From Octopus sinensis (lineage: Eukaryota): 64,000 nt of DNA. The translations under genes were made by a program, and so were the position numbers. Positions 23,719-38,300 of this stretch are shown here, in pieces; positions within the stretch are counted from its first letter, which is position 1, and the number at the start of each line of letters is the position of its first letter. The notes under the pieces are model-generated. The model worked only from the letters and a program-made list of their open reading frames with translations, was not told the origin of the DNA and did no database searches. The stretch is taken from NCBI RefSeq assembly GCF_006345805.1, contig NC_043011.1:60710464-60774463 (forward strand). The letters are read 5' to 3'.

Positions 23719-24198
23719 TTAACCCTTTTGTTACCAACCCACCAGAAACTGGCTCTGCCTCTGAGTACAAATGCCTTGTTTTCATAAGTTCTGAATTAAA
23801 ATCTTCCACCAAACCTTAGTCACAATTTATGCTCCTAACACTAGCTTAAGGATAACTAAGTTATTTTACTAAATTCTTTTGTATTTAAAATTAATTGAGA
23901 GAAACACAGAGCATCTCAACAGAAATATGGTAACAAAAGAGTTAAAATATATAATAGAGAAACAATTCTTAATACTTTTGTTACCATCCTGGCTGAAACT
24001 GCCTCTGGCTCTGTAGTGCAAATGTCTTGTTTTCATAAGTTCTGAATTAAAATCTTCCACCAAACCTTAGTCACAATTTATGTTCCTAACACTAGCTGAA
24101 CGATAACTAAGTTATTTTACTAAATTCTTTGTTATATTTAAAATTTATTGAAAGAAACACAGAGCATCTCAATAGAAATACAGTAATGAAAGGGTTAA
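23719..24198. mobile_element. piggyBac-type MITE dimer (23719-23945 and 23969-24198)
   Basis: Two TTAA-bounded copies joined by a short spacer. Confidence 0.75.
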
Positions 24199-24437
24199 AT
24201 GACATCAAATATGGAAAGTTATTTCATTGGGTGACAATTAGATGGAATATTATTTGTTTAGTTTTCTGACGAGGTGATGGTTTTGATTATACAATATATA
24301 AGTTGTATAAATTATGATGGAGGTGCATGGCTTACTGGTTAGGATGTTGCACTCACAATCATAAGATTGTGGTTTCGATCCCTGGATGAAAACGAACAAT
24401 CCTGTGATGGACAAGCAATCTGTCTTGGGAGGAATAT

Positions 24438-24772
24438 ATTCTTTTACTTGTGTCAGTCATTTGACTGTGGCCATGCTGGAGCATCACCATTAGTGAAACA
24501 AATCGATCTCAGGACTTATTCTTTGTAAGCATAGTACTTATTCTCTCGATCTCTTTTGCCAAACCACTAAGTCACAGGGACGTAAACACACCAACATTGG
24601 TTATCAAGCAAAGGTGGGGGGACAAACACAGATACAGAAATGCATATATCCGCTCAAAAGGCCCTGGTCGGCCTGAGGCTATAGTAGGAGACAGTTGTCC
24701 CACATGCCATGCAGTGGGACTGAACCTGGAACCATGTGGTTGGGAAAGAAGCTTCTTACCACACAGCCACTC

Positions 24773-24773
<1 letters not shown>
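24438..24773 (-). mobile_element. SINE family A, internally deleted
   Basis: Head and 3' module are joined. Confidence 0.75.
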
Positions 24774-24813
<40 letters not shown>

Positions 24814-24854
24814 CACATAGGGAAAGTATATATATATATATATATAAAGGAATA

Positions 24855-25260
24855 CCAAAAATGGGACAAGAACGCAAAATGTCCAGACAGTTAGATGATA
24901 CAAAAAAGGGACAACAAAACATCCAGACAGACGATACAAGAAACAACAAGGATGGGTCATTCAGAGTTTTCTTCAGTTGAGTTCCAGATTATCTTTGCAA
25001 TTTCGGCTGGTCATACTCAAGATTGTTTCAATCTGGCCAACCCCAAGGAAAAACTAATCTAAGAGCATTTGATTCCTTGGAAGAAAGCAGCGAATGTATA
25101 TGAAAACAAGGACGAAAAAACAGAGAAATGGTACACAAACACAAATGCAAATAAAAGACATTAACAACAGGTGTCTTTCGACTAAGGATGAATTAAATTA
25201 AGCTGGTGTGTGTGCAGAGAAACTGTCCGTACACTCCTTATGGACGAATGTTAACTAAGC
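24855..25260. mobile_element. Dispersed (TA)n-associated repeat with PLE-end-like character (also at 43140-43500 and 55030-55290)
   Basis: Shared block 'gcaatttcggctg...ggccagccccaaggaaaaactaagct..gagcatt.gat' occurs at three loci. Confidence 0.6.
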
Positions 25261-25635
25261 TCAAGTTGTATTATTGGGGTGGTGATTGTGAAGAACGTGG
25301 GTATCGGCATTTTGGGTGGCAACTGTGTTGAATACACTCTGATAATTATGTTATTTTATTGGGTAATAATTCAGCAGACGGCATGTAATGTGAGCTGTGA
25401 TATAATTTCCAGTAATGATTGTGTGAAATATAAGTTATGCTTCTGTGAGATGATTTCATAGAATATACGTTGCAAGAGTTATATTATTATTGACTATTGA
25501 TTATGTAGAATATGTGTCGCTTAACCCATCCACTACGGAAATCAAATATATCCAATCAAAATTTTATTGCCCTTAACTGCGGAAAGCAGTTTTCAATACC
25601 AATTTAGTTTTTGTTAAGGAATATCATTTTTTTTT

Positions 25636-26033
25636 TCTTTTACTTGTTTTAGTCATTTCACTGTGGCCATGCTGGAGCCCCACCTTTTAGTCAAGCAAAT
25701 CAACCCCATAACTTATTCTTTGTAAGCCTAGTACTTATTCTATCGGTCTCTTTTTGCCGAACTGCTAAGTTACGGGGACATAAAAACACCAGCATCAGTT
25801 GTCAAGCAATGTTAGGGGGGACAAACACAGACACACAAACACACACACACACATACATATACATATATACAACGGGCTTCTTTCAGTTTCCGTCTACCAA
25901 ATCCACTCACAAGGCTTTGGTCAGTCTGAGGCTATAGTAGAAGACACTTGCTGAAGGTGCCATGCAGTGGGACTGAACCAGGAACCATGTGGTTGGGAAG
26001 CAAGCTACTTACCACACAGCCACTCCTGCACCT
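25636..26033 (-). mobile_element. SINE family A, full length
   Basis: Matches other copies. Confidence 0.88.
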
Positions 26034-26796
26034 ATATATTTTTGATATTATTTTTAGTTGAGATAAATCAAATTTATTAAGGAGATGTCATTTGCAGGAA
26101 ATATCAATTTTACTTTTTGTTAGATATTTAAAAACATTATCAGAAACCCTAAGAAATTTAATTTCGCATTTATAGGGTTTAAACAAATTTCTGTACCAAG
26201 CAAGGATTTTGTGAGTCCATGTTGTTTGTACCATATCATAAGCACCACATAGCAACTGTGTTATTATCATTAGCACAAACCAAATTCCCCCTTTATGAAT
26301 TTCAAGAATACTCATTTGGGAGAAAATCAAAGTGTTTGGCATTGAATGAACATCTTGCAAGATTTATATTTGGCCCTTTAAGGGTCTTACTTCAAATGTT
26401 GCTGCTGTTTGATGCAATAGAGCAAAATAAGCATCAAAACAAATAATTCCAATCTCCTCCTCTTCAAAACAGGGTTTGATCCTCTTCTTGTGCCAATGTA
26501 AAAATTATTACAATTGCCTTTTGGCAAATATAGAATTATTATCATTATTATTGTAATTAGGGTGGCAAAATTGACAGAATTGTTAGCACATTGCACAAAA
26601 TGCTTGGTGTTTGTTCAGGCTTTTAGTGCTTGCATTCAAATTCTGTCATGGTCAACTCTGCCTGTCATCATTCCAGGTTTGATAAAATAAGGACTGGTCA
26701 GGCACTTGGGGTCAATGCAATCGACTAGCCCTGCCTCTCCCAAAATTTCAGGCCTTGTCCCTATAACAGAAAAGATTATTACTATTATTATTATTT

Positions 26797-27304
26797 TTAA
26801 CCCTTTCATTACCAACCCAACTGAAACTGACTCTGGCTCTGAGAACAAATGTCTTGTTTGCATAAGTTTTGAATTAAAATCTTCCACCAAACCTTAGTTT
26901 CTTAACACTAGTTGAATGATAACTAAGTTATTTAACTAAATTCTTTGTTATATTTAAAGTAACTGAAAGAAACACAGAGCATCTCAACAGAAATATGGTA
27001 ATGAGAGGGTTAAAAAATATAATAGAGAACGTCCAACCCATGCTAGCATGGAAAACGGACGTTAAACGACAATGATGATGATGATGAATTCTTAACCCTT
27101 TTGATAACAACCTGGCTGAAACCGCTTCTGACTCTGTTTTCATAAGTTTTGAATTAAAATCTTCCACCAGACCTTAGTCACAATTTATGTTCCTAATACT
27201 AGCTTAATGATGACTAAGTTATTTTACTAAATTCTTTATTATATTTAAAGTAACTGAAAGAAACACAGATCATCTCAACAGAAATACAGTAACAAAAGGG
27301 TTAA
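26797..27304. mobile_element. piggyBac-type MITE dimer (26797-27013 and 27092-27304) with a family C tail inserted in the spacer
   Basis: Same spacer as the 23.7-kb dimer, interrupted by 'cgtccaacccatgc...gttaaacgacaatgatgatg'. Confidence 0.75.
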
Positions 27305-27568
27305 GCTAGCAGAATTGTTAGCATGCCAGACAAAATGCCTAGTGGTATTTCATCCATCTTCACATTCAGAGATTAAATTCTGCATTTCATCCTTCCGGTG
27401 GCAACAAGTACCATTTGTATATAGGAGTTGATGTAAAATTAATGGCCTTGTGCAAAAATTTGTAAACCAATCTTATTATCATTATTATTGTTGTTGTTAC
27501 TATTATTATTATTATTATTATTATTACTATTATTATTATTATTACTATTATTATTATTATTATTATTT

Positions 27569-27785
27569 AAGGCGTTGAGCTGGCAGAACCATTAGCATGC
27601 TGGACGAAATGCTTAGCAGTATTTCACCTGTCGCTACGTTCAGAGTTTAAATTTCACTGGGGTCAACTTTGCCTTTCACCCTTTCGGGGGGGGGGGGATT
27701 AAGTAAGTACCAGTTATGCACTGGGTCGATGAAGTCGACTTAGTCCCTTCCCCCTAATTTGAGGCCTTGTGCTTCCAGTAGAAAG
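27569..27785 (+). mobile_element. SINE family B preceded by (TTA)n
   Basis: 'ttattatttaaggcgttgagctggcagaa...' head and central block. Confidence 0.8.
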
Positions 27786-27790
27786 AAATA

Positions 27791-27821
<31 letters not shown>

Positions 27822-28467
27822 CATTATTATTATTATCATTATCATTATTATTATATAGCTATCAGATCATCTTAATGAAAATGGGTGGAATGAAAGAAGG
27901 ATTATAAAGCTGGTAAAATAAAAGAGTAGGGGGTACTGTCAGTTAGATAAAATGAAAACACACTAAATTATAATTATATGATGTCAACATAATGAAACTG
28001 AGAATAGAGTGGAGAGCCTGGCAGCAAGAATTTTCTGAAGGTTAACCAAGCCTTTGGCATTTTCATGGCAGAAACTTAAGAATTTTTACTTTCTTTTCTT
28101 TCTTTTTAAAGAACACATTTTGATAATTAGCAATTGCAATTTTGATAAGGAATTGATTATGTTTTTTAAATTTTTGATGGATTTTAATAATATTTTGGAT
28201 TTCATTAATAGCATTTTTGATACTAAGTAATAACATTTTTGATAGTTATAAAAGATATTTTTGTTAATTAGCAACATAAAATAAAATTAATATGTGAAAT
28301 GAAGGAGTCGTTAATTATTTTTAAATTATCAAAATATATTTCATTTCAAATTGTAAATAAACGTATTTTTATTTTATTTATCAATTGTAAAAATAATTTT
28401 TCCGTGGAAATATATTGAAAGTAAACATATGGCTATACATAAACATGGCTACATGTAACATGATGCA

Positions 28468-28515
<48 letters not shown>

Positions 28516-28719
28516 ACACACACACACACACATACACACACATGTATGTATGTGTGTCATACAAATGAAATCCAAGATGAATGCGACTTAGAAGTTTTGC
28601 CGTCATAAATGTGTGTGTATCTGTTTGTAAGCTTACATGCGTTTACACTCATCTGTATGTGGATGGAACATATGAGCGTGTGTATGTGTGTGATTTCACA
28701 TTTTATAACAGTCTAAAAT

Positions 28720-28879
28720 GAATATACACACATACACATATACACACATATGCATGTATACACACACAGACATGTATACACATGCACATAGACATGTATA
28801 CACATGCACAAAGACATGTATGTATGTGTATGTGTATATATATATATATATATACATACATATATATACATATACATAC

Positions 28880-28917
<38 letters not shown>

Positions 28918-29023
28918 ACATATATATATATATGCATATGTATATATGCATATATATATATATATATGCATATATATATATGCATATATATATATACATG
29001 CATATATATATACATATACATAC

Positions 29024-29055
<32 letters not shown>

Positions 29056-29284
29056 ACATTATATATATATGCATATGTATATATGCATATATATATATAT
29101 ATGCATATATATATATGCATATATATATATACATGCATATATATATACATATATATACACATATATATATACATATATATATACATATATATATACATAT
29201 ATATACATATATATATATACATATATATACATGTATATATACATATATATATACATATATATATACATATATATACATATATAT

Positions 29285-29322
<38 letters not shown>

Positions 29323-29355
29323 ACACACACACATATATATACATACATACATACG
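28720..29355. repeat. Compound (TA)n/(TACA)n/(TATG)n microsatellite
   Basis: Direct reading; it is the source of six spurious long ORFs. Confidence 0.95.
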
Positions 29356-30373
29356 AGGGAGAGGGATATACTGTCACAATATCTTGCCATTTTGCCCCTT
29401 AAAATGCTGGCTAGCAACTTCAGTAGAAGAGAAACAACAGAAAAGAGAGCAAGTGACAGGCATTTCAATTCCAAATTCTTGTGAACACCATATTGAGAGT
29501 ATACGAGTACATTAGAAAAGGCAAATACCATTGCACTGATGGTATGCAGCAGCCAAAGCATAAATATATGCATATATGCATGTCAGTGCATGCATGTGTC
29601 GCTGTTGTATAACCCCAGGCCATCTCTCGTCCAGTAGACATACGTGTAAAGGGTCTTACTATTATAACCAACCTCATTGTTTTATATATGTGGGGTTATA
29701 TTGTTTAATATATCAACCCCCTGTGGTTTTGTATGTTTGTTTGTTTTTAGATACATAAAGGTGTGATTTCTAGGAAGATTAAATTTACCTGCTATTTCTA
29801 ACAAGTCTAGCGACCTTAAAGAGGCATTGTGTGTGTGTGCATTACATTCTTTCATCCCATTTCTGTATCCTTTTCATTTCCCATGTAGTATGGGGGTTCA
29901 AAGGACAGTTGTTCGAAAATTACACCTGCATGTATGTTTATGTGTGTAAATGTGTGTTTATACATGCATATGTATCATATATGTATATATAAACGTGTGA
30001 AATATATATATATATGAAAATGTGTGTGGTCAGGTGGAAATACGTGTGCATCATATATGTATACACACACACACACACACACACAGTTGCAATTGAATAA
30101 GACCAGCCTAGTCGTGGAACCATTATGCGTTATCTCAGCCTGCTAGAAATAGCTACCAAATCTCTCCAAAATCAATGACCACCACCACTGTTATGGTCTT
30201 AATTATATAAAGCAGTTCTAGAAACATTGTAGATGGCAACTGAAATAAATAATGATAAAAACAAACGTGAGGGTCATGGCTAGAACCCTTTTTTTTATAG
30301 GTCTCTTCGTTCAGGGCTGATTTAGGGGTTAGATACACAACGGCAATAACCATTAATAACGGTTTCACATCTA

Positions 30374-30414
<41 letters not shown>

Positions 30415-30415
<1 letters not shown>

Positions 30416-30638
30416 GATTTTCAAATTTGGGCATAAGGCCAGCTATTTCGGGGGAGGGGATAAGTTGATTCCATCGACCCCCCCCCCCCCAGTGTTCAAT
30501 TGGTATTTATTTTATCGCTCACCGAAGGGGTGAAAGGCAACGTCGACCTCGGCGATATTTGAACTCAGAACGTAAAGAACCGGAATACCGCTAAGCATTT
30601 TGTTCGACGCGCTAACGATTCAGCCAATTGGCCGCCAT
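30415..30638 (-). mobile_element. SINE family B (CpG-intact)
   Basis: Matches the family consensus. Confidence 0.8.
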
Positions 30639-30789
30639 AATAATAAGTTCTTTATTATTATTTTTTTTTTTTGAGTAAAAATAATCAAATGCTATTTATT
30701 GTGCATCTGTGAAATGCATCTGAGGAATGCAATACGCATTCCTTTATCGCGACTGAGAATTCCTGCGAAATTAAAGTTTTATGATGAGT

Positions 30790-30830
<41 letters not shown>

Positions 30831-32612
30831 TACACCGCGCGCACATGTACACACACACACAATTCTGTATGTTTTGTGTGTGACTGCGGATGAATACGTG
30901 AGTTGTTTAACCCTGGGTCAACCTAGATCATAACCAAAAAGGCCTTCCAACAGCCTTAATAAATCCAATATTATTTGTATACCAAATTCTACTTCAACCA
31001 ATTAGCTTTTCATTTCATCCTTTAACTCATTATTAATTTTAAAGACGGTAAGGTATGAAGTGAAAGGTATTTGACTGCTATTTCTAAGCAGGTCAAGTGA
31101 CCGTGTTAAAGAGACTCCTTCGCAGACTCGTTTATGTCTGTGTGTAGGTAAGTATATGCGTGGGTGTGTATATATGTGCACGTGTATACGCGTGGGTACT
31201 TGTGTGTGTATGTGTATACAACATGCGCTGACAAATGCGTATAGACAGAGTAGTTTTAAATATACACAACAAAATATAGACATTATTCTACGGCTGTTTT
31301 CTTAAACATATTGTGTTGTTTAACCTGTAAACCCTTTAGTAAATTAATTATGTCAGTATTACGTATTTATGTCTACCTTGGACGACACAAGTATAATGTC
31401 TTCTTTACACTCTTTAAGTGAAGTCGAGTATAATTTGAGGGCCGATTTCGGCGCACTTTCTAACTGATTAGCAAGGTAATTTGCGCTTAATTTTGTGTGT
31501 GATTAACAATGAGTTTAATTTCAAAACTTTCATGTTAAACAAAAGCCCGATTTCAACAAATATAAAAGATTATATATATATTTATTATATATAATATATA
31601 TATTATATATATATAATATATATATATATTATATACATATATATATATAGTTCACGTAACCATAAATTCGACTTCCTATACCATATTACCATGGGAGATA
31701 TAACATAGAAGTTCGTGGGAATCGATTTGTTTCTTATTTGCTATCGATTTCCTAGAAGTTTCTTTTAATTCTGAACAAAAATATATTTTAAAAAATGATA
31801 AAATAATAATGATAATTATTATAATTATTCTTTCTACGATAGGCACCAGGCCAGCAATTTTGAGGGAAAGGGTATTAATTGATTACATCAACATGAGTGT
31901 TCGGCTGGGACGTAATTGATTGACATCAAAAGGGCGAAAGGCAGAGTTGACCTCGGCGGAATTCGAACTCGGAGCGTAACGCCGGAAGAAACGAAGGATC
32001 GCCGAAATACCTTTGTGCTAACGATTCTACCAGCTCAACACATCAAAATGATGCTAAAGCAAATCCTGCTTCCACCCCTTTTAGAGTGTAAACATAAATG
32101 TTACCGCTGTATAAGTTTACATGGGAGTATTTTGTTTAGGAAGTGCAAAGATAGGTTTTTGTTTATGCTGAGAGAAAATTTCATTGATTCGTCGTCATCG
32201 TTTTGTCATCACGCTTCATACAAAGCATATTGTAACATGCTTTGGGTGTGTGTGTGTGAGAGAGAGACAGAGAACGTGTGTGTGTGTGTGAGAGAGAGAG
32301 AGACAGAGACAGAGAGTGTGTGTGTGAGAGAGAGAAAGAGAGACAGTGTGTGTGTGTGTGTTAGAGAGACGTAGAGACTATTTTTGGCTTGTTTGTCACT
32401 GGACGCCGGTCATGCTGGGGCATCCCTTCGAAAGGGTTTAGTCGAGCAAATATCGACCCCAGTAATTATTTTAAGTTCTGTACTATCGGTTTTCTTTCTG
32501 AAGAAACCGCGCGGAAGTTATGGGGATGTAAACAAACCATCACCGGTTTGTTAAGCGATGAGAAGACAAATACACACTTATATACATGACGGACTTCTCT
32601 TTCTCTCTCTCT

Positions 32613-32655
<43 letters not shown>

Positions 32656-33685
32656 CACAGAGAGGAGAGAGGTTTAGTGTGTATAAATGCATGTATGTAT
32701 AGGCACATTGTTTTAACGTAAACTTTATCAAGCATCTGTTTCCATATCTGAAGTCTCTATTACCGATCAATAGAGAATAAAACTGTAGTCTGTCTGTCTA
32801 TCTATCGATCTATCTGTCTGTTTGCCTTTCTATCTGTCTATCTACCTATCTGTCTACCTATCTGCCTATCTACCTACCTATCTATCTGTTTGCCTATCTA
32901 CCTGCACAGACGTGGTATTGTTAAATTAACATACCATTCATTTATGAACTTAAATATTCACACACACACACACACACACACACACCACACACACACACAC
33001 ACCACACATACACACACACACACAAATCTATTCGATTCGGATTTGAAGGTAAAAAAGTTCCTGTGACGTTATTAATAAGATTCCTTGCCTGAAGGGATTC
33101 TATGAAGCAAGAAAATTGAGTAATTGAAGAAATGACTCATCGTCTTTCAGCCAACACAACAAACTCCATCATATGTTTCGAGTACCTTTTACTACCTTTC
33201 AGTTTTTCCATCATAATCTATTCACCCCACCTCTTTTCATCTCCCGTCTTTTCAGCTAAGACGACATACATACATACAGACATACAACCATACATACACA
33301 CGTGTGTGTGTGTAGTTATTTAGAAGAACGTTGATCTTTTAACAGGGTTTGTGAGTTTGTCTTGATATTTAAAAAACGTTAAGACCTTAATAGAGATTGT
33401 GTGTGTATATATATAAATATATATGTGTGTGTATATATGTATATATACATGGCCGCAGTCAAATGACTGAAACAAGTAAAAGAGTATATGTATATATACA
33501 TATGTATGTGTGTATATATATATATGTATATGTATATATGTATGTGTAAATATATATGTATGTGTGTATATATATATATATGTGTATGTGTGTATATATA
33601 TATATATATATGTATGTGTATATATATATATATGTATGTGTATATATATAATATATATATGTATGTGTATATATATATATATATG

Positions 33686-33721
<36 letters not shown>

Positions 33722-34617
33722 TATATATGTATATGTATATATGTATGTGTATATATATAAATATATATGTATGTGTGTATATATATAATATATATATATA
33801 TATATGTATGTATATATATATATATTATATATATATGTATGCATATATATATATATGTATATATATCTGGCGTATACAGGTACTTACACTTATCAATTAT
33901 TCACCCTAAATTTGCAGTACCTACTATATATATATGTGTGTGTGTACTATAGAAGCACACATACAGACTTGCACTGACTTTCGTACCACACACAAACACA
34001 TTTCCTATATATACATATCTGTAAAACATCTGCTTTTCCATGTGAACATTTAAGTTTAAATATAAGATCGATTTCCAGTATTAATACAAACCCTACATTG
34101 TTCAAGTTGTTATGTGATAGCTATGGGAAGGATACCTTACTTTTCAGGTATTGTGTGTCCATGTTCAAACACACACACAGACACACACACACATGTGCCG
34201 CAGTTGGGTTGTGTCGTTTCAAGCGGTCGATTCATTGCAATTTAGGTGGTCGGTCTGAATTCGATCCCATGATAGGACACTTCAGATACATGTCTTTTCC
34301 TATAGTTTTGAAGTGATCAATATGTTGTGTGATTCGAATACCTGCACAACTGTTGAGAAACCCGCCTCGTGCGTGCGTGTGTGTACAGGTTTAAGTTTTT
34401 GCTCTAAAACCCAGTTAATGTTAGTTATCCATAACATAGCGGTTCAACAAGAAGGATTAATAAATAGAATAGGTTTTAGACCGAAAAATAAGAACTTCGT
34501 TTGTTATGAGCGACCAACAGGCCTTGAAAGAAGTGGTGTCCCAGTATTGTAGTCTAATGACTATATATAAAGATTACTACACACACACACACACACACAC
34601 ATTATATATATATATAC

Positions 34618-34673
<56 letters not shown>

Positions 34674-37268
34674 TATTTACATAGACACGCATTCGTTTTT
34701 TACATTTGCTTTATGTATCTGTACAACATGGTATAAAGAACGTAAACACACACGTGTGTGTGTGTGTGTGTGTGTCTGTGACACTTATTAGAAAGACAAA
34801 TGTTTGATATATTCGCGGTTAAAAGAAACGGCAGAGGTATTGTTATAAATCAACATTAAACAAAGACCGCTGACTATTTTAAACGTTACACACATCATAC
34901 ACACAGATCGTGTGTTAAAAATCCTGTCATGATCATCATCATCATTAACAACAACAATCGAACGCAATGTGGAACACCCAGCCCAGTTCTCACCACCCAC
35001 AGCTTCCTTCCACCCGGCATCACCCCTCACCGTTTAAGTTTCTCAGTTTTCATGTAAAGCAAACAGAAAAACCTGTCACAGAGCGAGAGAGAAGCGATAT
35101 CGCAGTTAAAGTCTTACAGAGAAAAGAACAAAGCCACATATATAATATAATATATATATTCGTATGCTGTGTATATATGTATGAACGAAGACTAACCTGG
35201 CCATAAAATAGTTGGTTATTTTGTTTGGCATCCCATACATGTATCCAACGGTTTGTAAGAATGTTTTACCTGCATCGACGAAGAGGTAAATTGCCAACTG
35301 TTGTTATAAAAGGGTCAGTTGTATTACCCTGAGCCTTTGTCATCGTTGTAAGCCCCTCCTTTGTACGTTAGGTTTTAAAATATTTAATATATATTTGATC
35401 GCATTCACCAACTTCGCTCTATCTTTCTCTCTCTCTCTTACTCTCTGCCTATATGTAAATACGTATGTATATTACATTATATATATGTATATGTATACAT
35501 ATGTTGTAAGGATGTATTTTGATTCGTGTTTGGTCTTTTTAAGAACTTGATAGATTTCTTTGAAGCTTATAATAATAATAGATTATCTTACAATATATCA
35601 AGTGAATATAAATGATGTGAAATTTTACGAAGCGGCCAATATATGTGGCTACGAGAGGGGCACGCCCATTTCTGCTTATCGCATCGGGTTTTGTGTGTTA
35701 GTTGCTTTCCAACCGAGTAACGCACACTGTTCTTGCCTAACTATTATTATTATTATTATTATACACATGTCCGCAATATACAATCCACGAAGAAAAGAGG
35801 AAGAAGAAATATTTCCGGGATTAGAAGGAGTAGTAAAACTTTCTTATTCTTGTTGAGTATATATACGTGCGTATATTCAGACATTATTATGTAAATAAAT
35901 ATGTAAATAAATATGCGTGTTTAAAAGTTGTTGAATATGGTAATCAAACAGCAATTTCCAGCACAAAAACAAAACCCCAAAAACTAAAGGGTCCTTCCAC
36001 ATAGAGACGACATCTCTACATTCATTCACTCAGTTTACGAATAATTTATCGTTTTACGTTAATGACTGATTACTAAGATTAAATAAACCAACTTAATTAC
36101 GATCGTAGTATATTTCACACACACAAAAACAATAATCTTTAGATTTTTGTAGACATTCAGGGATTTCACGTGTCGTTGGAATAACAATAAACCTCAACTA
36201 AGACAAACAGGGTTGATTACGGTACTCTTAGTATATTTTTATAAACAATAAAAACACCACTTTTTAGAGATATTCAGGGATTCCACATGTGTAAATAATG
36301 GTTAATAATGAGACAACGAAGGAGCTTGTTCTTACTAAGGATAATTAAACTGAGTTAATTAGCGTACTATAGAATATTATATGAATAATAAACCATTTAT
36401 TTAGAATCGGGGATTCCACACGTGTAGTTTAAAAGACGACGGGGGAATTAATTTCCGTTTTATAATGTATTTCATAAACAATGAAACAAGTCTAGAAATG
36501 TTTGAGACAATCGGGGATTGCAGCCTGTGGTTTCTACAATGGTCCCTTCCGTTTTATTTGTACAGGAAGATTGTTGTTTGTGTTAGAAATTCGACAACTT
36601 TTAACCGAAATGGTTTGTTTTGTTTTTCGACTTACCTTGGAGCGCAGCCGGTGTCGGAAACTGTTGAGGTTTTAGACCAAACAAGATAGGTATTTAATAT
36701 CATTCCTGATTCACGTTTGATTGAGTACACGAACAACTGAAGCGAAACATACAAAATAAAATCACCCAACTGGCCAGTTTAAGTACACTTCGTAAAAATA
36801 AAAATAAAAAGTCTTTTTATGTATTTATTATGAGGCCATTCAGTTTAATATTCACTTCAGAATCCATTCATAAGGTAGAAAAATATAAAGGAGAGGAGGT
36901 ATTTCCTTTCTCTCTCTCCCTCTTTTTATTCCTTCGTCTTCAGCTTTTATGATTGTTGTTGATGCTGTTGTTATTATTACAACCGGCACATTATTATTTC
37001 TCGACAGAAACACTAAAATTGTGAAGTAAATTCCATGCTAAAAACAGCAGCGGTCGCTCTGGAGAGAGAGAAAAACACCGACGACACACAACAACATAAT
37101 CCTTCGTTTTCTTCTTCTTTTTTCCCCTTCTTCTATTCTTTCTCTCTCACCTTCCCTCATTCGCTAAATTTAATTCACTTCCTCTCCAACATTATTTCCT
37201 ACTCATTCAATTTTTCTCTTTTTTTCTCTTTACATTCCTCTCTTTATCCGTCGATCTCTCTTTCTCTA

Positions 37269-37310
<42 letters not shown>

Positions 37311-37829
37311 GCGCACACATTAAATTCTATTTAATTTACTTTTATTATCGTCAACCGTCGGCTCTTAACGATCGGATTTTGAATCTCACCGAGGACCACT
37401 TTCCTTTCATTCTCTCCAACTCAGTAAAACAAACCAAAAGGAAATGACACGGAGGTCGATGGCATCGACTAATCTCTCCCCTTCAAAAAAACTGCAGGTG
37501 TTGTGCTTCTGCTGGTTCTCTACGTTCAGAGTTCAAATCCTGCTGAGGTTAACTTTGTTATCTTTTCCTTTCAAGGTCGATACAATGAAGTACCTATCAA
37601 GTACTGGAATCGTAGTGTGCACTAAACACTCCATTAAAAATTGCTGGCCGTGTGCCTCTAGCGGTTCTACGTTCCGGGTTCAAATCTTATCGAGGTCGAT
37701 TTAGCTTTTCGTCCTTTCGAAGTCGCTAAAATAAAATACGGGTCTAGTACTGAAGCCGAGATGGCACTGACTGATCCCTTCCCTCCAAACTACTGGCCTT
37801 GTGCGAAAATTAGAAACAACTATAAAGAA

Positions 37830-37860
<31 letters not shown>

Positions 37861-37911
37861 TATTATTATTATTGTTATTATTATTATATTATTATTATTA
37901 TTATTATTATT

Positions 37912-38300
37912 AAGGTGGCGGGCTGGCAGAAACATTAGCACGCCGTGCGAAATGTTTAGCGGTATTTCTGTCTTTATGTTCTGAGTTCAAATTCCGCTGA
38001 GGTCGACTTCGCCTTTCATCCTTTCGGGGTCGATAAATCAAGTACCAGTTACGCGCTGGGGTCGATGTAATCGACTTAATCCGTTTGTTTGTCCTCTCTG
38101 TGTTTAGCCTCTTGTGGGTAGTAAAGAAATAGATAATTCGTCTGCCGCTACATTCTGAGTTCAAATTCCGCCAAGGTCGACTTTGCCTTTCATCCTTTCG
38201 GGAGCGATAAATTAAGTACCAGTTATGCACTGGGGTCAATGTAATCGCCTATTCCCCTTCCCTATTATTATTTGCCCTTCTGGCAAAATTTGAAACCATT
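37912..38300 (+). mobile_element. SINE family B head-to-tail dimer
   Basis: The tail 'gtaaagaaatagataatt' runs directly into the internal 'cgtctgccgctacattctgagttc'. Confidence 0.85.

Noticed and set aside
28696-29573. Long ORFs (up to 286 aa) rich in Y/I/H/M/C; similar ORFs at 13.2-13.8, 33.3-33.9, 44.5-44.9 and 57.7-58.1 kb
   Set aside because: They are translations of (TA)n/(CA)n microsatellites, which lack stop codons in several frames.
30720-30750. CUGAGGA followed by a hairpin
   Set aside because: No GAAA, stem III or cleavage triplet follows.
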